The translations under genes and the position numbers were made by a program. From Rhizaria sp. SCN 62-66 (lineage: Eukaryota): DNA of 64,000 nucleotides. The notes under the pieces are model-generated. The model saw nothing but the letters and a program-made list of their open reading frames with translations. It did no database searches and was not told the origin of the DNA. This document shows positions 36,868 to 49,039 of the stretch, piece after piece. The DNA lies in contig MEDY01000129.1 in the NCBI GenBank assembly GCA_001724265.1, positions 1-64,000 on the forward strand. Reading direction: 5' to 3'. Every line of letters starts with the position of its first letter. The stretch's first letter is position 1.

Positions 36868-37662
36868 ATGATGGGCGCCGCTTCCTCCCGCGATGACGAC
36901 TCCCCGCTCTCCCCCACTTCGCACTCGCCGCCGCCCACGCCGCCGCCGCCCAACGACACGACGCCGCGTCCCCGTGCGCCCCGCGTCCCCGCGCCAAACC
37001 CATCGGCGCCCGCTTCGCAATCCGCGTTTACCACGCCTTCTGGTGACGTGAACTTCTCCCGTGCGCCCGCTGCTGACGACGCTGCAACGCTGCCTGCACG
37101 CCCCTTAGCCTCCGCCCCGGCCTCAGCCTCTGCCGCAGTCTCCGCCTCTGCCTCTGTCTCGGCTGCCACTGCGGCGCAGCCCGACACACGCGCCGTCACC
37201 GCGAATATGTCCGCTGCTGAGATCATCGCACTGTTTACCGAATCAGCGCGCGCCCGTGACGAAGCCAGCGCACAGCGTGACAGCGGCCAACCCGTTGATA
37301 CGCTGCGGCTGCATACAAGCGCACAGCAGACAGGACCCTTTGTTGGTACTAGCGTTGAGGCGCAGGTTCCTTTAACAGCGCCTCTGCTCGTGGGCGTTGG
37401 CACACTGGGCGTTGGCATCGGCGCTATGCACACACACGCTGGCCGAGACTCGCTGCCACACGGTGACCGTGCTGTCGACAAACCCGCGGTTCATGACTGC
37501 GGCCAGTGCAGCCGCTGCGGCGACTGCGTGCACGAGTCCGACGGCACGCTGTCGCTGCAGGCGTACCTCGCCACCGCCGCGCCGCCGCCGCCGCTGCTGC
37601 CGCCACGCGCGGCCAGTCTCGATGCCCCGCGCGACTGTTGCGCTCCACTCCTCGCACTACTC

Positions 37663-37693
<31 letters not shown>

Positions 37694-40600
37694 TTCTGCC
37701 ACAGCAGCAGGGCGACACCGCTGGCGGCAGCGCGGCTCTGGCCCCGCTAGACACACTGCTCAATCTCAACCGTGAACGTGACCGTGAGCACGACCGCGAG
37801 CGAGAGTTCGAGCAGGAGCGCCAGAGGGCGGCTGAAATCGCGCGCTTTCACGACATTATGCGCGTGTTGCGGCGCGAGGCTGCACAGCTGCGCGGCGAGC
37901 GCAGGCAGCTAGACGGCGGACAGAACGGGGAACCCTTAGATCTGAGGCTTGCTGCTGTAGCAGGAGGGTACCTAGACCCTGCCGAGCACTTACAGTTCGA
38001 CAGGCGGCCTCACATGACGCAACATCACCAGCAACAACAACAACAAGGACAGCAAGAGCAGCCGCAAATGTATCCGCATATGCAGTTACCGCAGCATGAT
38101 GCACAGTTGCAGCACGGCCAGTTAGTGGGCGACCACTTACACCGAGTGCATTTGCAGCACGCTCACGCGCTTGATGAGCAAGAACACGCAGCGCAGCTTC
38201 TGCGTGAACGGAATGTTCAACTTGTACACAACAGCAACAACAAGAACGAGATCGCTAACAGCACGAGTAATGCAGCAGCCAGTGCAAACGTACCGGCTGA
38301 TGTAACGAACGCTGCACACGTACTAGCAAAAGCCTCAGCTCTTCCGCCGGCTATCTCCGCTTACTACGGCGTGCGTGACCCCGTGTACAGCACGATGAAC
38401 AGCGGCATTCGCGAGACAATGCGCGACGCGGTGCGCGACGTCGAGGAGGACTCGGCGGGCCGCAGCGACGCTGCGGTCGCTGTGTGGAGCGCGCGCGAGG
38501 GCACGCCGTGGACCCACCACGAGAGTACGTTTGCGACATAGACGTAATATTGAAACAAGTTTGAAACTCATACGTTAATCAAACACTAGACTTACACTTT
38601 GTCTTTATTTCCTTGTTTTTTTGGCAGCCGCCGCACTGTTGCACCTGGCGGTCTGCCATGAGTTCTCAGCAAACGCAATGTGTGCTTTTTTGCGCCGCAC
38701 GCGTGCGGACATCACCCAGGTACGCCGTCCGACGAGCAGTAAAATCTATCTCAAGCCATCGATCTCACAAACCTAAAGTCTTAAAACACTTAGCTAACGC
38801 CTTTTCCTGTCACTCTCCCTTCGTCATCACTCTAGCACCTGACACACTTGCTGTGTGCGCTCGCCATCAAGGTCCCCGTCGCTGTCCCCATTCCCCGCAC
38901 CGTCACGCCCACCCTGTCGCCCGCAGTCGCGACAGCGCCCGCGCAAGCTGCCGCCGCTCCCGGACAGACTGTGGCGCGTCCGCTGCGGCCTGCGCCGTCG
39001 CCCGCGTGCGCGTTGTCTCCGCCGCAGCTGATCGCTCCGCGCCCGGTCAACGCGACCAGTGCACGGACAGCGAGTTTTGCTGCTGCAGGCGCAAGTAGCG
39101 GAGACTCGCCTGCACTCGCGGCAGCCGCTGCCGGTGCGACACTGCTGCCGCAGCTGCCGCCGCTGCCGCCGCACTTGCAAACGCTGCAGTCGCTGTCACC
39201 GATGCGGTTGTCACCGTACGCTCACTCGCCGCCGTTGTTGTCAGCATCAGCAGAGTAGTCCCAAGCGCTGCCGCTGACGCTAGCAGCGCCGTCGTCGCAG
39301 CTCCTGGGCCTGTCACCACCACTGTCACGACTATCTGCGGCGCCGCGGCCGCCGCCGTTGCCGCCCGCCGCCGCTGCTGCCGCACGCTTCCAGCTCGAGT
39401 CGCGGCTTAACTTCTCGCTCGCCGCGCGCTGGCCGCACTTGCGCCCCGTGTTGACGCAAATGCTTTGCCACTTGCTGCCGTTGCCGGCGCCGCTGTGCGC
39501 TGAAATCGCAGCGCTCGCAGCGCCGTCGCTGGCGCCGGGAGATGTGTTGAACGTGCTTGATGAACGCGGCCGGGACACGTGGTATAAAGCGGTTGTGCTC
39601 GATGTTAAGCCGCCGTCGCCGCCGCTGGGGAGCGCACCGGTTGCAGGGCCAGCATTGTCTTTGCTGCCACGCGGCGTTGCAGTGGGAGCCGCAAACATCA
39701 GCGGCGGCAACAGTAGTCGCGACGCAGACAGTGGCCAAGACATGAACAGTGACAGCGTTTATAGCGACTCAACGGCAACAGAGAGCGACAATGAGCATGA
39801 CAGTACCCACATGCATGTTTACAGTGACAGTCACGTGAATGAGGAGCAAGAAGACGGCAGTTGTCAGATGAGTGACATCAATGACACGCGACGCACACGT
39901 GGCACACATAAGTTGAACAACACCAAACATAGTCGTTTCGTCCCCGCGACAGCTGTACTAAGTCCGCGAGCACGGCCCAACCGCGCAACAACATGTGCTG
40001 CGACTAAAAACATTCGGAACCATAGTGCACCGGACCTAGCTGAGGAAAGCGTCTCGCGTGCATTTGATAATCTCACTCAAGGCCCCAACGTTGCGCTGCC
40101 GAACAACCACACTCGCCAGTTTGCCAACTTGCGCGTGCTTACCGCCGCAATATTCCCAGGCATGGCCGCTGAGACGGTGAGGCTTGCGGCCTCGCTGTCG
40201 GCCGCAGTTGCAGAGGCCGCCGGGCCGCATGTCCCGCCAACACAGGCACACCCTCAAGGACTAGAGCATGGGGTAGCACTTCACGACAAGCATCAAGCAG
40301 CCGCTACCACAGCGCCAGCAGCAACGCCAGCGACGACGGCTGCAGCGCCTGACGCTAACGACGGCTGCGTGGACGTGGTGCGCATTGCACTACGCATTGC
40401 AGCCCGCCACTCCCTTCCGCCGACGCCCGCAGTGCTTTTGGCGCTCGTTCCCGCTGCGCTGACTCTGATGGCGCACCGCGCCGCGCGGCTGGCGGCGTTT
40501 GGCGGCGCGGCGCGCATGCCGGTTACCGACGGCCCCGCAAGCGTGGCGGACGGGCCTTGCGCCTGCGGCGGCGTGTGCGCGGCCGCGGTGGGCGACGTAA

Positions 40601-43600
40601 GCGCGGCGGCGCGCGCTGAGGCCGAAAGCGGCCCAGTGTGTCCGTGGACGCAACGGTTTGCTCTGGTGCACGAGGCGATGACAACTGCGCCCAGTGCGTG
40701 GGGCTGCGTATTCGACACGGTGCCTTTGCGCGGGCAACAGCAGCAACAACCGCAGCAGCAGCAACAACAGCAGGTGCAGCGACTTGTGCCACTTGCTCTT
40801 GAAGACAACGTCGCACCACCGCGCGCGCTCGCACACGCACAAGCACAGGCGCAACATCAGCACGCGGAGGGCCAGGCACAAGCTCACGGCCACAACTTAG
40901 AGCCCCGTCAGGCGCGTGGCCCCGAGCCCGACTTGGCGGGCGCGCGCCGTCAACTCTACCCGGGCGCGGCAGTCGCCCCGCTCCGCACTGGCGGCGGAGG
41001 CGGTGCGGTAAGCGGAGGCATTGCGCTCGTGCAACAACGCCTGCAAGACGCGGCCGCGGCTGAGAGCACGTCCGTCATGGTCGCGCGGGTCATCATCGAA
41101 GAAGAGGCAGCGCGCGCGGCGGACCGCGCAAGGCGCAGGCTGGAGCGCAGGGCGGAGCGCGTGCGGCGCGGTCGGCCGTGGGGCCGAACAGTCGCGATGG
41201 GCGCGTACGGCATGTATGGGAACGTCTTCAATGGTAAGTTTACAACATGAACAACATATCAACTCACAAATGCCCGGTTCAAATGCAAAGTCTATCCCTC
41301 GTCTTAACACTTGATCACCCACACCCCACACAACATTTGTTTTTTTATTTATAGAGGTACTGAGCGTTCGTCAGCAGCGCTCCTCTTTACGGGAAGGGCC
41401 GTACGACGCTTATACGACGCCTGCAGCTGCGCTCGACGAGGCCGCCCGCGTCACTGCGCTGGGCCATGCAGCGCAAAGGCTTGCCCTATGGGAGCGAGTC
41501 GAAACGCGTTGCGAGCAGGAAGCTGCTGCAGCAGCGCTTGCAGTCATGGCAAGCCACAACAGCGCTCGTGATGACACTTGTGGTCACAGCGAACACCTGT
41601 ACTGCTGTCCCGCAGCAAGCGATTGTAAGCAGTGTGATGACTGCGGCTACGACCACCTGGCGCCCGTGTCGGCCGCTTTGCGCGCGTTGCTCTGGCGCCT
41701 GTTGCCGCCACCCCCACGCTACGCTGCAGACACAACCCTAGAAGCAAACGCGCACGCGAGCGACGCGATCATGCAGAGTAATAACAGTGCGGTTCAAGGT
41801 GGCGTCACATCCGCAGCCGCCTGTTTTGCCGCCGCATCTGCCGCCGCGTCATCCCCGAGCTTGGCAGTAGCTGCGGCGCTTGCGTGCGCTGCGCTGCCTC
41901 AGGCACGTCGCAGCGGCGCGAGCGCAAACGCTGCCGCGGACGAGGGCCCTGCGTCATGGCTCCGGCGACGTGCGTGGGCAGTGGTCGAGTACACCGACTT
42001 AGAGCGCCGCATCGACGCCGCGCTTGACCGCAAGCAAGCGCGGCTGCAGACGCTGTGGACAAAGCTCGGGCCTGCGCTACAAAGCACACTTGAGAGCAGT
42101 AATCTTTGCAGGAGCGCGGCCGCGGCGTCGGGCAGCTGTACAGAGGAAGGCGACACTAGAGAGAGCGAAAGCGTAACACTGTTTGCGCAGCTAAGCATTT
42201 CAAGCCCGACCACGCATCAACAGCAGTGCGGTGCAATGCCGACTATTGCCGCGTTTCCAGTTGCGGCTGCGCTATCACCGGCGTCATCACCGCAGGGCTC
42301 CCCTGGCACTGCGCTGTTTGCCGGCTCTGCCAGCTCGGCTGGGTCTGCAGGCTCGGCAAGCCGCGCAAAGCGGAAACGCATGGAGACCCCTGACGCCAAA
42401 CATACCAATTCTGCACTGACTAACGGCAATGATGCGCAGACTGGTAGTCGTGGTGCCAACAATCGCGTTGCCGTTGATGATCGCAAGTATTCCGACCAAG
42501 ATAGCAACAGCGACAACAGCACACCGCCAAGCGCGCATCACACTCGTGGCAATGTGAAACTTTGCCAGCAGCAGCCCAAGAAAGAGAGGTCTTACGCAAA
42601 AGACGTTATCAGTGGTCCCAGGGCTCATGCAGCAGGGGCGGACGAGAGCAGCTCGCTTGCCGTTGGTGCTGCAGCAACGGCAACCACAGGCGCCGACACA
42701 GTTTCTCCGTTTCGCGGACCGTTTGTCAAGCGCAGCACAGCGTACACGCGCCCCGGTGTAGCGTCTGCTTGCGCTAGCGCTGCCAGCGTTGAAGCAGACA
42801 CTATGCACAGCCAAACAGGCGCGTGCGCAGGCGCGTGCGCAACAACGCCTCCGCTAGTGCCCACACTGAGCGGCGTCTCTGTGGCAAATGCCGGCGATAT
42901 GGGGCCAGTGTCTGCACCACAGTTGCCGTCACAAGCGCAGACCCAAGCGCCTGCACTTGAGCTTAATGCTGGCAATGGCAGCCATTCTGTTCCAGCTGCA
43001 AACCCCAGTCGTCGTGAGCAGGCGTTAGCGTCGCGCTTGCGCGAGCTTGCAGCTGCGTTCGCCAACTTAGAGCATGCCAACACGCAGCAACAACAGTTAA
43101 CTCGTGATACAGCCTGCTCGCAGCAACTGCAGCAGCAGCAACAGCGCCAGCGCGCGCTCCCGCTCTTCTGGCCCGACTCAACTCTCGCTCGCCGCTACGG
43201 CCCGCCGCTGCCCATGCCAGCAACAGCAGCGGCCAGCGCGCCCGCAACATCTTCCGCTCATTACGCAACCGGCGCGCCCGTTCCCGGCGTGTGCGCGCCG
43301 CAAGTGCGCGTGCACTACCTCGGCTGGGGGCCCAAGTGGGACGAGTGGCTGCCCACGCCCGCGCCGCGCGTGGCGGGGCCCGGGGCGCGGACGGCCGCGG
43401 GCGCGCGCACGGGGCCCGACGTAAGCGCAAGGCCAGCGCACGTGGCGGCGGCGGAGAGCGTGGCGCGCGCGGAGGCAGTGTTTGCAACGCAGGTGCGCGC
43501 GCACGTGCTCAGCGCAGCGCTGGCGACAGAACATCAAGAGCGACGTCAGTATCTTGCGACCAATGATGATGGTGTCTTGGGCCGGAGCAGTGCAGACAAT

Positions 43601-45250
43601 GAAAGTGACGTAGACAGAGGCGCAAGTAGCAACGACGCTTTGCCCGTATCTATGTCTGACAGTACTACGCGACATCATCCTCCGTATCAACTCAGGCAGC
43701 TTGGCGATATGCAACTCCTCGCAGCTTACATAGATAACAATGACACAAGAGCAGTTGCTACGGACACTGCTGCGCAGTCATCTGATTCCGACGTGGCATT
43801 TCTGTCACGCGCACATCAAAACACCACCAACAGCGCTGCTTTGTCACCCACACTCTCTCGCATGCACTCTTTTACAGCATCAATTTCAAGCAGTCTGAGT
43901 AGCTCTGACAGCGACAACGATAGCGACAACGAGGAGTCCAGTGACAGCGATCACACTGGCTCCGAACCTTACTCTGGTTACGACGCAATTCACGCATTTG
44001 GAGGCAGCGGCTACGGCCATGACAGCGACGACTCAATTCCTCTCACACCCGTTGACGCGAGCACATCGACTGACACTCCACAGACGCCACCCCATCGCCG
44101 CAGCCGCAGGGGCCGCGGCGTGCTGCGCGACGAAGCCACCGAAAGTCGCTTGCGGGAGGGCGCACGGAGCAACTACCGCGCACTGGCGCTGGCGCTGGCA
44201 AGCCCTTCCCAGACGGCTGCGATTACATTGAATCTGTCAGCCGCAACAGCTCTGCGTAGCTCGGCAGCGGCGGTGCAGAGCGCGCTGGGCCCGCCGCTGC
44301 CACGTTTCTCACACGGCAACCCGCTGGCTAATAGAGTCGGTTTTGGCGCTGGCGCTGGTGCGAGGGGTGAGAATGGCGACACAGACAGTAACGAGTCCGA
44401 CAGCGTGAGCGAAGGGGACATCGAGGGCCTCAGTCAGCGGTACAGGCTTCCCCCAACGCGCGACTACACAGCGCTGGCCGCCGCAGCTGTTGTTTCCACT
44501 GCAGCTGCCGCTCGGAGTCACGCTGCGTCAAACCCCAGTCAAAGCGCAGCACTGACTGTGCCAGTGCACGTACCAACGCTTGGCAGTGCTGCGGATAGCG
44601 CGGCCAGCGCTCACACCAGTGGGCGCAACGCCATGACGAGGCAATGTGCAGTTCGTAGCTATCTCGCCACAGAAGAGGAGGAGGAAGAGCAACACAACCA
44701 GAACGTCAGTAACTCGCATACGCAGACTGTGCAGACTGACCACTCAGCAAGTTACGGGGCAGGCGACGAAGACGTGATTTTCACGCACGGCCAATATTCC
44801 AGCCTAGATATGGACGACTTCGATCACACGTCTGCCGCCACTCACGACGAAAACACCCTGCCCGCGCACCACAACTCACAGTTACACCCACAGTCCCAAC
44901 GATTTCCGCTTTCGCAGCCGCTTTCGCAGTCGCAGTCGCAGGCAGCAAACGCAAGCCTGACCAGTGACAGCTGGCGCCCGTTTCCCGGCGCGCCGCCGCG
45001 CCACATGGTGTGCGCCGCGGCGGTAATGGTGGCGCGCCGCATGCTGGCGGAGAGCGAGCGCGAGAAGCGCGCCGACCGGGCTCTGCGCAAGGCGGAGCGA
45101 CGCAGGCGCCGCATGACTGCCGAAGAGCTTGACGAAGCCGTTCTATCGCTGGTCGCAGCGCGGCAAATGGCAGAGAATCTATCACAGGAAAACGAGGTGG
45201 ATAGACCGGCGGATGAGTCGAGCGAAGGAGCAGAGAACTATTACAACTAA
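36868..45250 (+). CDS. ~2,680-aa low-complexity protein with a split Tudor-knot/chromo-barrel domain; exons 36868-38524, 38628-38719, 38836-41233, 41355-45250; in-frame TAG at 39256-39258
   Basis: Four exons join in frame through GT-AG introns (total 8043 nt). GDVLNVLDERGRDTWYKAVVLDV at 39538-39606; VRVHYLGWGPKWDEWLP at 43304-43354. TAA stop. Confidence 0.7.
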
Positions 45251-45438
45251 ACGACTTCGTCAAGATGGATAACGTAACTGAACCAAAATGTACTACAAAG
45301 TAATCTAATGTGATCTCGTGAGCCTCAATACGGTTGTTTGATTTTGAAAACGATGCACCAATACTGGTCCTGTAAATAAATATTGTTACGTTTATTTTTG
45401 AATTTCACTCCATCGATATGTTCGACACGCTGTGGCTA

Positions 45439-48399
45439 TCAGTACTTCGTGCCAACGCGCACCTTGTTCTTGATCACGTGCTCCTGCGTCTTCGCGAGCC
45501 CCGTCAGCGTCTTGCCGCCGCTCAGCCCCAGCATCTCGGTCGCGGTCTGCGCCCCGTACGTCGCTGCAGCCACTGCGGCCGGGGCTGGCGCCGGGGCCTT
45601 GCTGAGCTTCGACAGTGGCTTCTGCGGCAGCTGCGAGTTCAGCGCGTTTTCAATCGCCACCGCCTGCAACGCGGCTGCGCGTGCAGCGTGTGTGCGTGAC
45701 GGCCTCGCTTCTGTCGGCAGCGGTGCGGCCTTGCTGGCAAACACAGAGTGCATCCCAAGTTCGTCAAACTCGCTGACGTTAAGTGAGTGCGAGTGTGCGT
45801 CCAGGTCAAGCGCAGCCGCGCGCGCCGCGGCAGCCGCAGCCTCGCGCGCGCCCGCGCTATTTGCTCCCGCGTTCGCGTTCGAGTATGCGTTGTCTGGCGC
45901 AAAGATCGCGGCCAAAATGGCGTCCGCGGAGAGGGACTCGACCGTGGTTGCGGCAGGGCGCTCGTACACCGGCCGCTGCCGCTTGGCCAGGACACTGGTG
46001 CCTGTGCGCGCCGCGGCGGCAGCAGCGGCGACATCACTGGCCGACACCGGCACCGATGCTGAGCGTGGCGCTGTCGCGTGTGCTGCTGCGGTTGCAACAG
46101 GAGTCGCAGACACGGGCATAGAGGGCAGCACAGGCGCAGGCGCGTTGGGATCATGCACCAGCTGCACGGCGTCCATCACGACAGCGTCAGGCACACCAGT
46201 CGCGTCCGTATTAGCGCTAGTATCCGTGGCTGCGGGCTGTTGCTGCTGTTTCTGCAGCTTTTTCTTATCCTCACGCACACGCTTGCCTCCCAGCGCTTCG
46301 AGCCCCGAATGGATGAGCTGCGCAATGAGATCGCGGTCCCGCCGCGCCGCCTCGGCGTGCGGCATCACCGCCGCGCCGAACCGGTGCGCGAGCCACACGT
46401 ACAGATCCAGGTTCGAGAACGTCTCCTCCAGCCTGTCGATCGCGTCGGGATCGGTCGGAACGCCGGGACGCGTCACGTAGGTCGCCGACGGGATGGGCAC
46501 CGCGCCGCCCGCGGAGAGGCGGCGCGCGTACCACTCGACCAACACGCGCTGCGACGGGTATTTCTCCACCGCGGCGGGCGCGTAGCACAGCGTGACGCGC
46601 TGGTACGGGTCCAGCTGGATATTGTCAGTGATCGTGGCCAGCTCCAGCAGCGAGTCAAGCGAGCCCAACTCGTAGGCGTCGTCGACGGAGTGGCGCGCGC
46701 GGAGATTGTGCAGGTATGACGAGAGCGGCAGCGACGGGAAGCGCCGGCAGAACGCCAACAGATGACCTGTGCTGGGGGACAGCTGCGCACGCTGCATCGG
46801 CGGCGGCGTTGATGCGAAGACTTCCTTGAGGAACTGCAGATCGGTGTCGTGGTAGAGCGCGGTGACGGTGCCGCCACCCTCAGCCGCGGTGTGGCGCGAG
46901 CCAAAGCGGCCCGCGCGGCCGCCGATCTGCAGCGCCTCGGAGACCGTGAGCGTGCGGAACTGATCGCCGTCGAACTTGATCGTCGTCGAGAAAACAACAC
47001 GGCCGATGTTTAAGTTAAGCCCCATGCCGATCGCATCGGTCGCGACGAGGATGTCGACGCCGGAGTCGGGCTAGTTGAACAGCTCGGCCTGCAGCTTACG
47101 CACTGCGGGCGGCAGCGAGCCGTATACGATAGCGCAGCGCATGCCTGTCGCGCTCTCAATCTTGTCACGCATCGCATAGACCATGTCACGGCGGAAGACG
47201 ATCACGGCGTCGCCGGGACGCAGTTCCGAAAAATCACGCACGGGTGTGTCGGCCACGGCCAGCGGGGAGAGGCGTTCGTACCGGTTGACGTAGACGTCCT
47301 CGCCGGTGAGTTTAGCCGCGTTGAGGACCCACTCGAGCGTCGATGCGTCGCCGCAGATGTGGACTTCCTTCGCGGCAACGCCGAGGAAAGCGTTGGTCCA
47401 AGCAAACCCACGGTCTGCATCGGCCATCATCTGCCCTTCGTCGATCACGGCGACGTCGACAGCACGGTCAAACATGGCCATTTCGACCGTGGACGACACG
47501 TGTGTGGCGCCAGGCACGTCGATCACTTCCTGTCCAGTCAGCAGCGAGCACGCGACGCCGCGCGCCGTGAGACGATCGTGGATTTCCCACGCTAGCAGCC
47601 GCAGCGGGCCGCAGTACAGCCCCGACTCGGCGGCGGCGAGGCGCTCCAGCGCGCGGTGCGTTTTGCCGGAGTTGGTGGGCCCGGCGTGGACGACGATGCG
47701 CCGCTTCAACAGGCGCGCAAGCGGGAACCAGAGGTCGGGCCGCCGCAGGTTGAGGAATGTGCGCCAGTCGAGCGCCCCCACGCGCGCGCAGCGCTCGGGC
47801 AGCGCGGGGAGCGCGGCGGAGGCTTCCTCGCCGAGTCCGGCCCAGTACACGTGGTGCTCTTGGGCGGCGGACCCGGGGAACGCGGCGGCGTGCTCCGCCA
47901 TCACATCCCGCGCGAGCGCCTGCAGCGGCAGCACGTCGGGCAGCTCGGAGTCGGCGACGGCGGCCTCGGAGGCGGCCCACTCGGCCGGGGACAGCGCCTC
48001 CGCGGCCTTAGCCGCGTCAGCGACGAGCTGTGCGTCAAGCCTTGCGCGCTGCGAGAGGCGGTCACTGTTCGCGCGCTGGTGGCGCTCGTTCATCGCGGCC
48101 ACGCGCCGGGCCATTTCAGGCGTCTCTAGGGGCGCGCGCGGGAACGGGGTGTCGCGCTCGGCGTTCGCGCCGGCGAAGTTGAGGCCGGTCTGCGCGCCGT
48201 TCTCTTTCGAGGAGAAAGCTGCGGAGGCTACTGTAGTCAAGCGCGCAGTGAGGGGAGCGGAGGACGAGCATGTCGGCGCCAGCACAACGCGCGGAGCGGG
48301 CACGTTGGAAGGCATTGGACCTAACGTACTGAGAAGCTGCGGCGGCGCGGAGAGACGCGCGAGTGCCGATACGAGGCGCGGGGGCCCGCGGCTAAGCAT
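45439..48399 (-). CDS. SUV3: Mitochondrial RNA helicase SUV3; in-frame TAG at 47071-47073
   Basis: WFPLAR, HAGPTNSGKT, YCGPLRLLAWEI, STVEM, VIDEGQM, RGFAWT, YGSLPP..RKLQAELFN*PDSGVDILVATDAIGMGLNLNI, LQIGGRAGRFG, LDLYVWLAHRF. Confidence 0.95.
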
Positions 48400-49039
48400 C
48401 GTGCGCTGTGGAATCGGCGTTTGGAAATAATAGCGCGTTATAAGGGTATATTGTGAGATATAGAAATGAATTTTGCATACAAAAATTATTAAATTACGAT
48501 ACATATGATATCCAATTAATACCGTTATTGACGCTCGTACAATTGTACAGAGCCTTCTTTTAAGCTGCGGTTGAGGACCCCCTGGCTATCGCCGGCTGAA
48601 CAACGGACTGGTCCTCGTCATAGCCTAGCACAAAGCCTACCTCGACGTACTGATCGTTGATACGGGAGATGCATGCGATTTCGTTTATTTCGCTACTTGA
48701 AATATAAATTCAGTTTGGTTTATTCGTAACTGCAGTCGTTATGGCGATCGTATCTCGTGTTTTCATTCGTCAATGGCGTCAGACCAAAGGGGCATCTTGT
48801 CTGCTTCTCCAATCACCTTTAGCAATATAAAAAGGAAGCACGCTAAGCAAAATTACACGCAGTCCGATTAGCCGTGCACCAAATAATAATATTACGCATG
48901 CATTGACTCATTTACCACCTCTTTGTCTTTCCCTATACGCAGAAACCTGTCAAAGCGTCCTGCAATCTTGCTGCTTGTTGCTGATCTCTGAGTCGCGACA
49001 CCAGCTAGTTTCCCTTTCGCGCCGCCTTCTGCCCGCTCG

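Noticed and set aside
38539-38541. TAG ending ORF 36685..38541 (likewise TAG at 30619-30621 and 7913-7915)
   Set aside because: These lie inside predicted introns or form the intron acceptor, so they say nothing about the genetic code.
48-47073. TAGs as pyrrolysine, A-to-I edited Trp codons, or random nonsense mutations
   Set aside because: No pyl context and the genome is eukaryotic; Trp fits poorly in coiled-coil, FNxP and low-complexity contexts; random nonsense or errors should also give internal TAA/TGA and would not explain the absence of terminal TAG. Not formally excluded without reads.
47071-47103. Possible 33-nt in-frame mini-intron (GTGCGT...TAG, minus strand) that would remove the SUV3 TAG
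   Set aside because: It would delete the conserved RxxQAxLFN helix; it is GC-rich with no pyrimidine tract, and all other modelled introns here exceed 100 nt.
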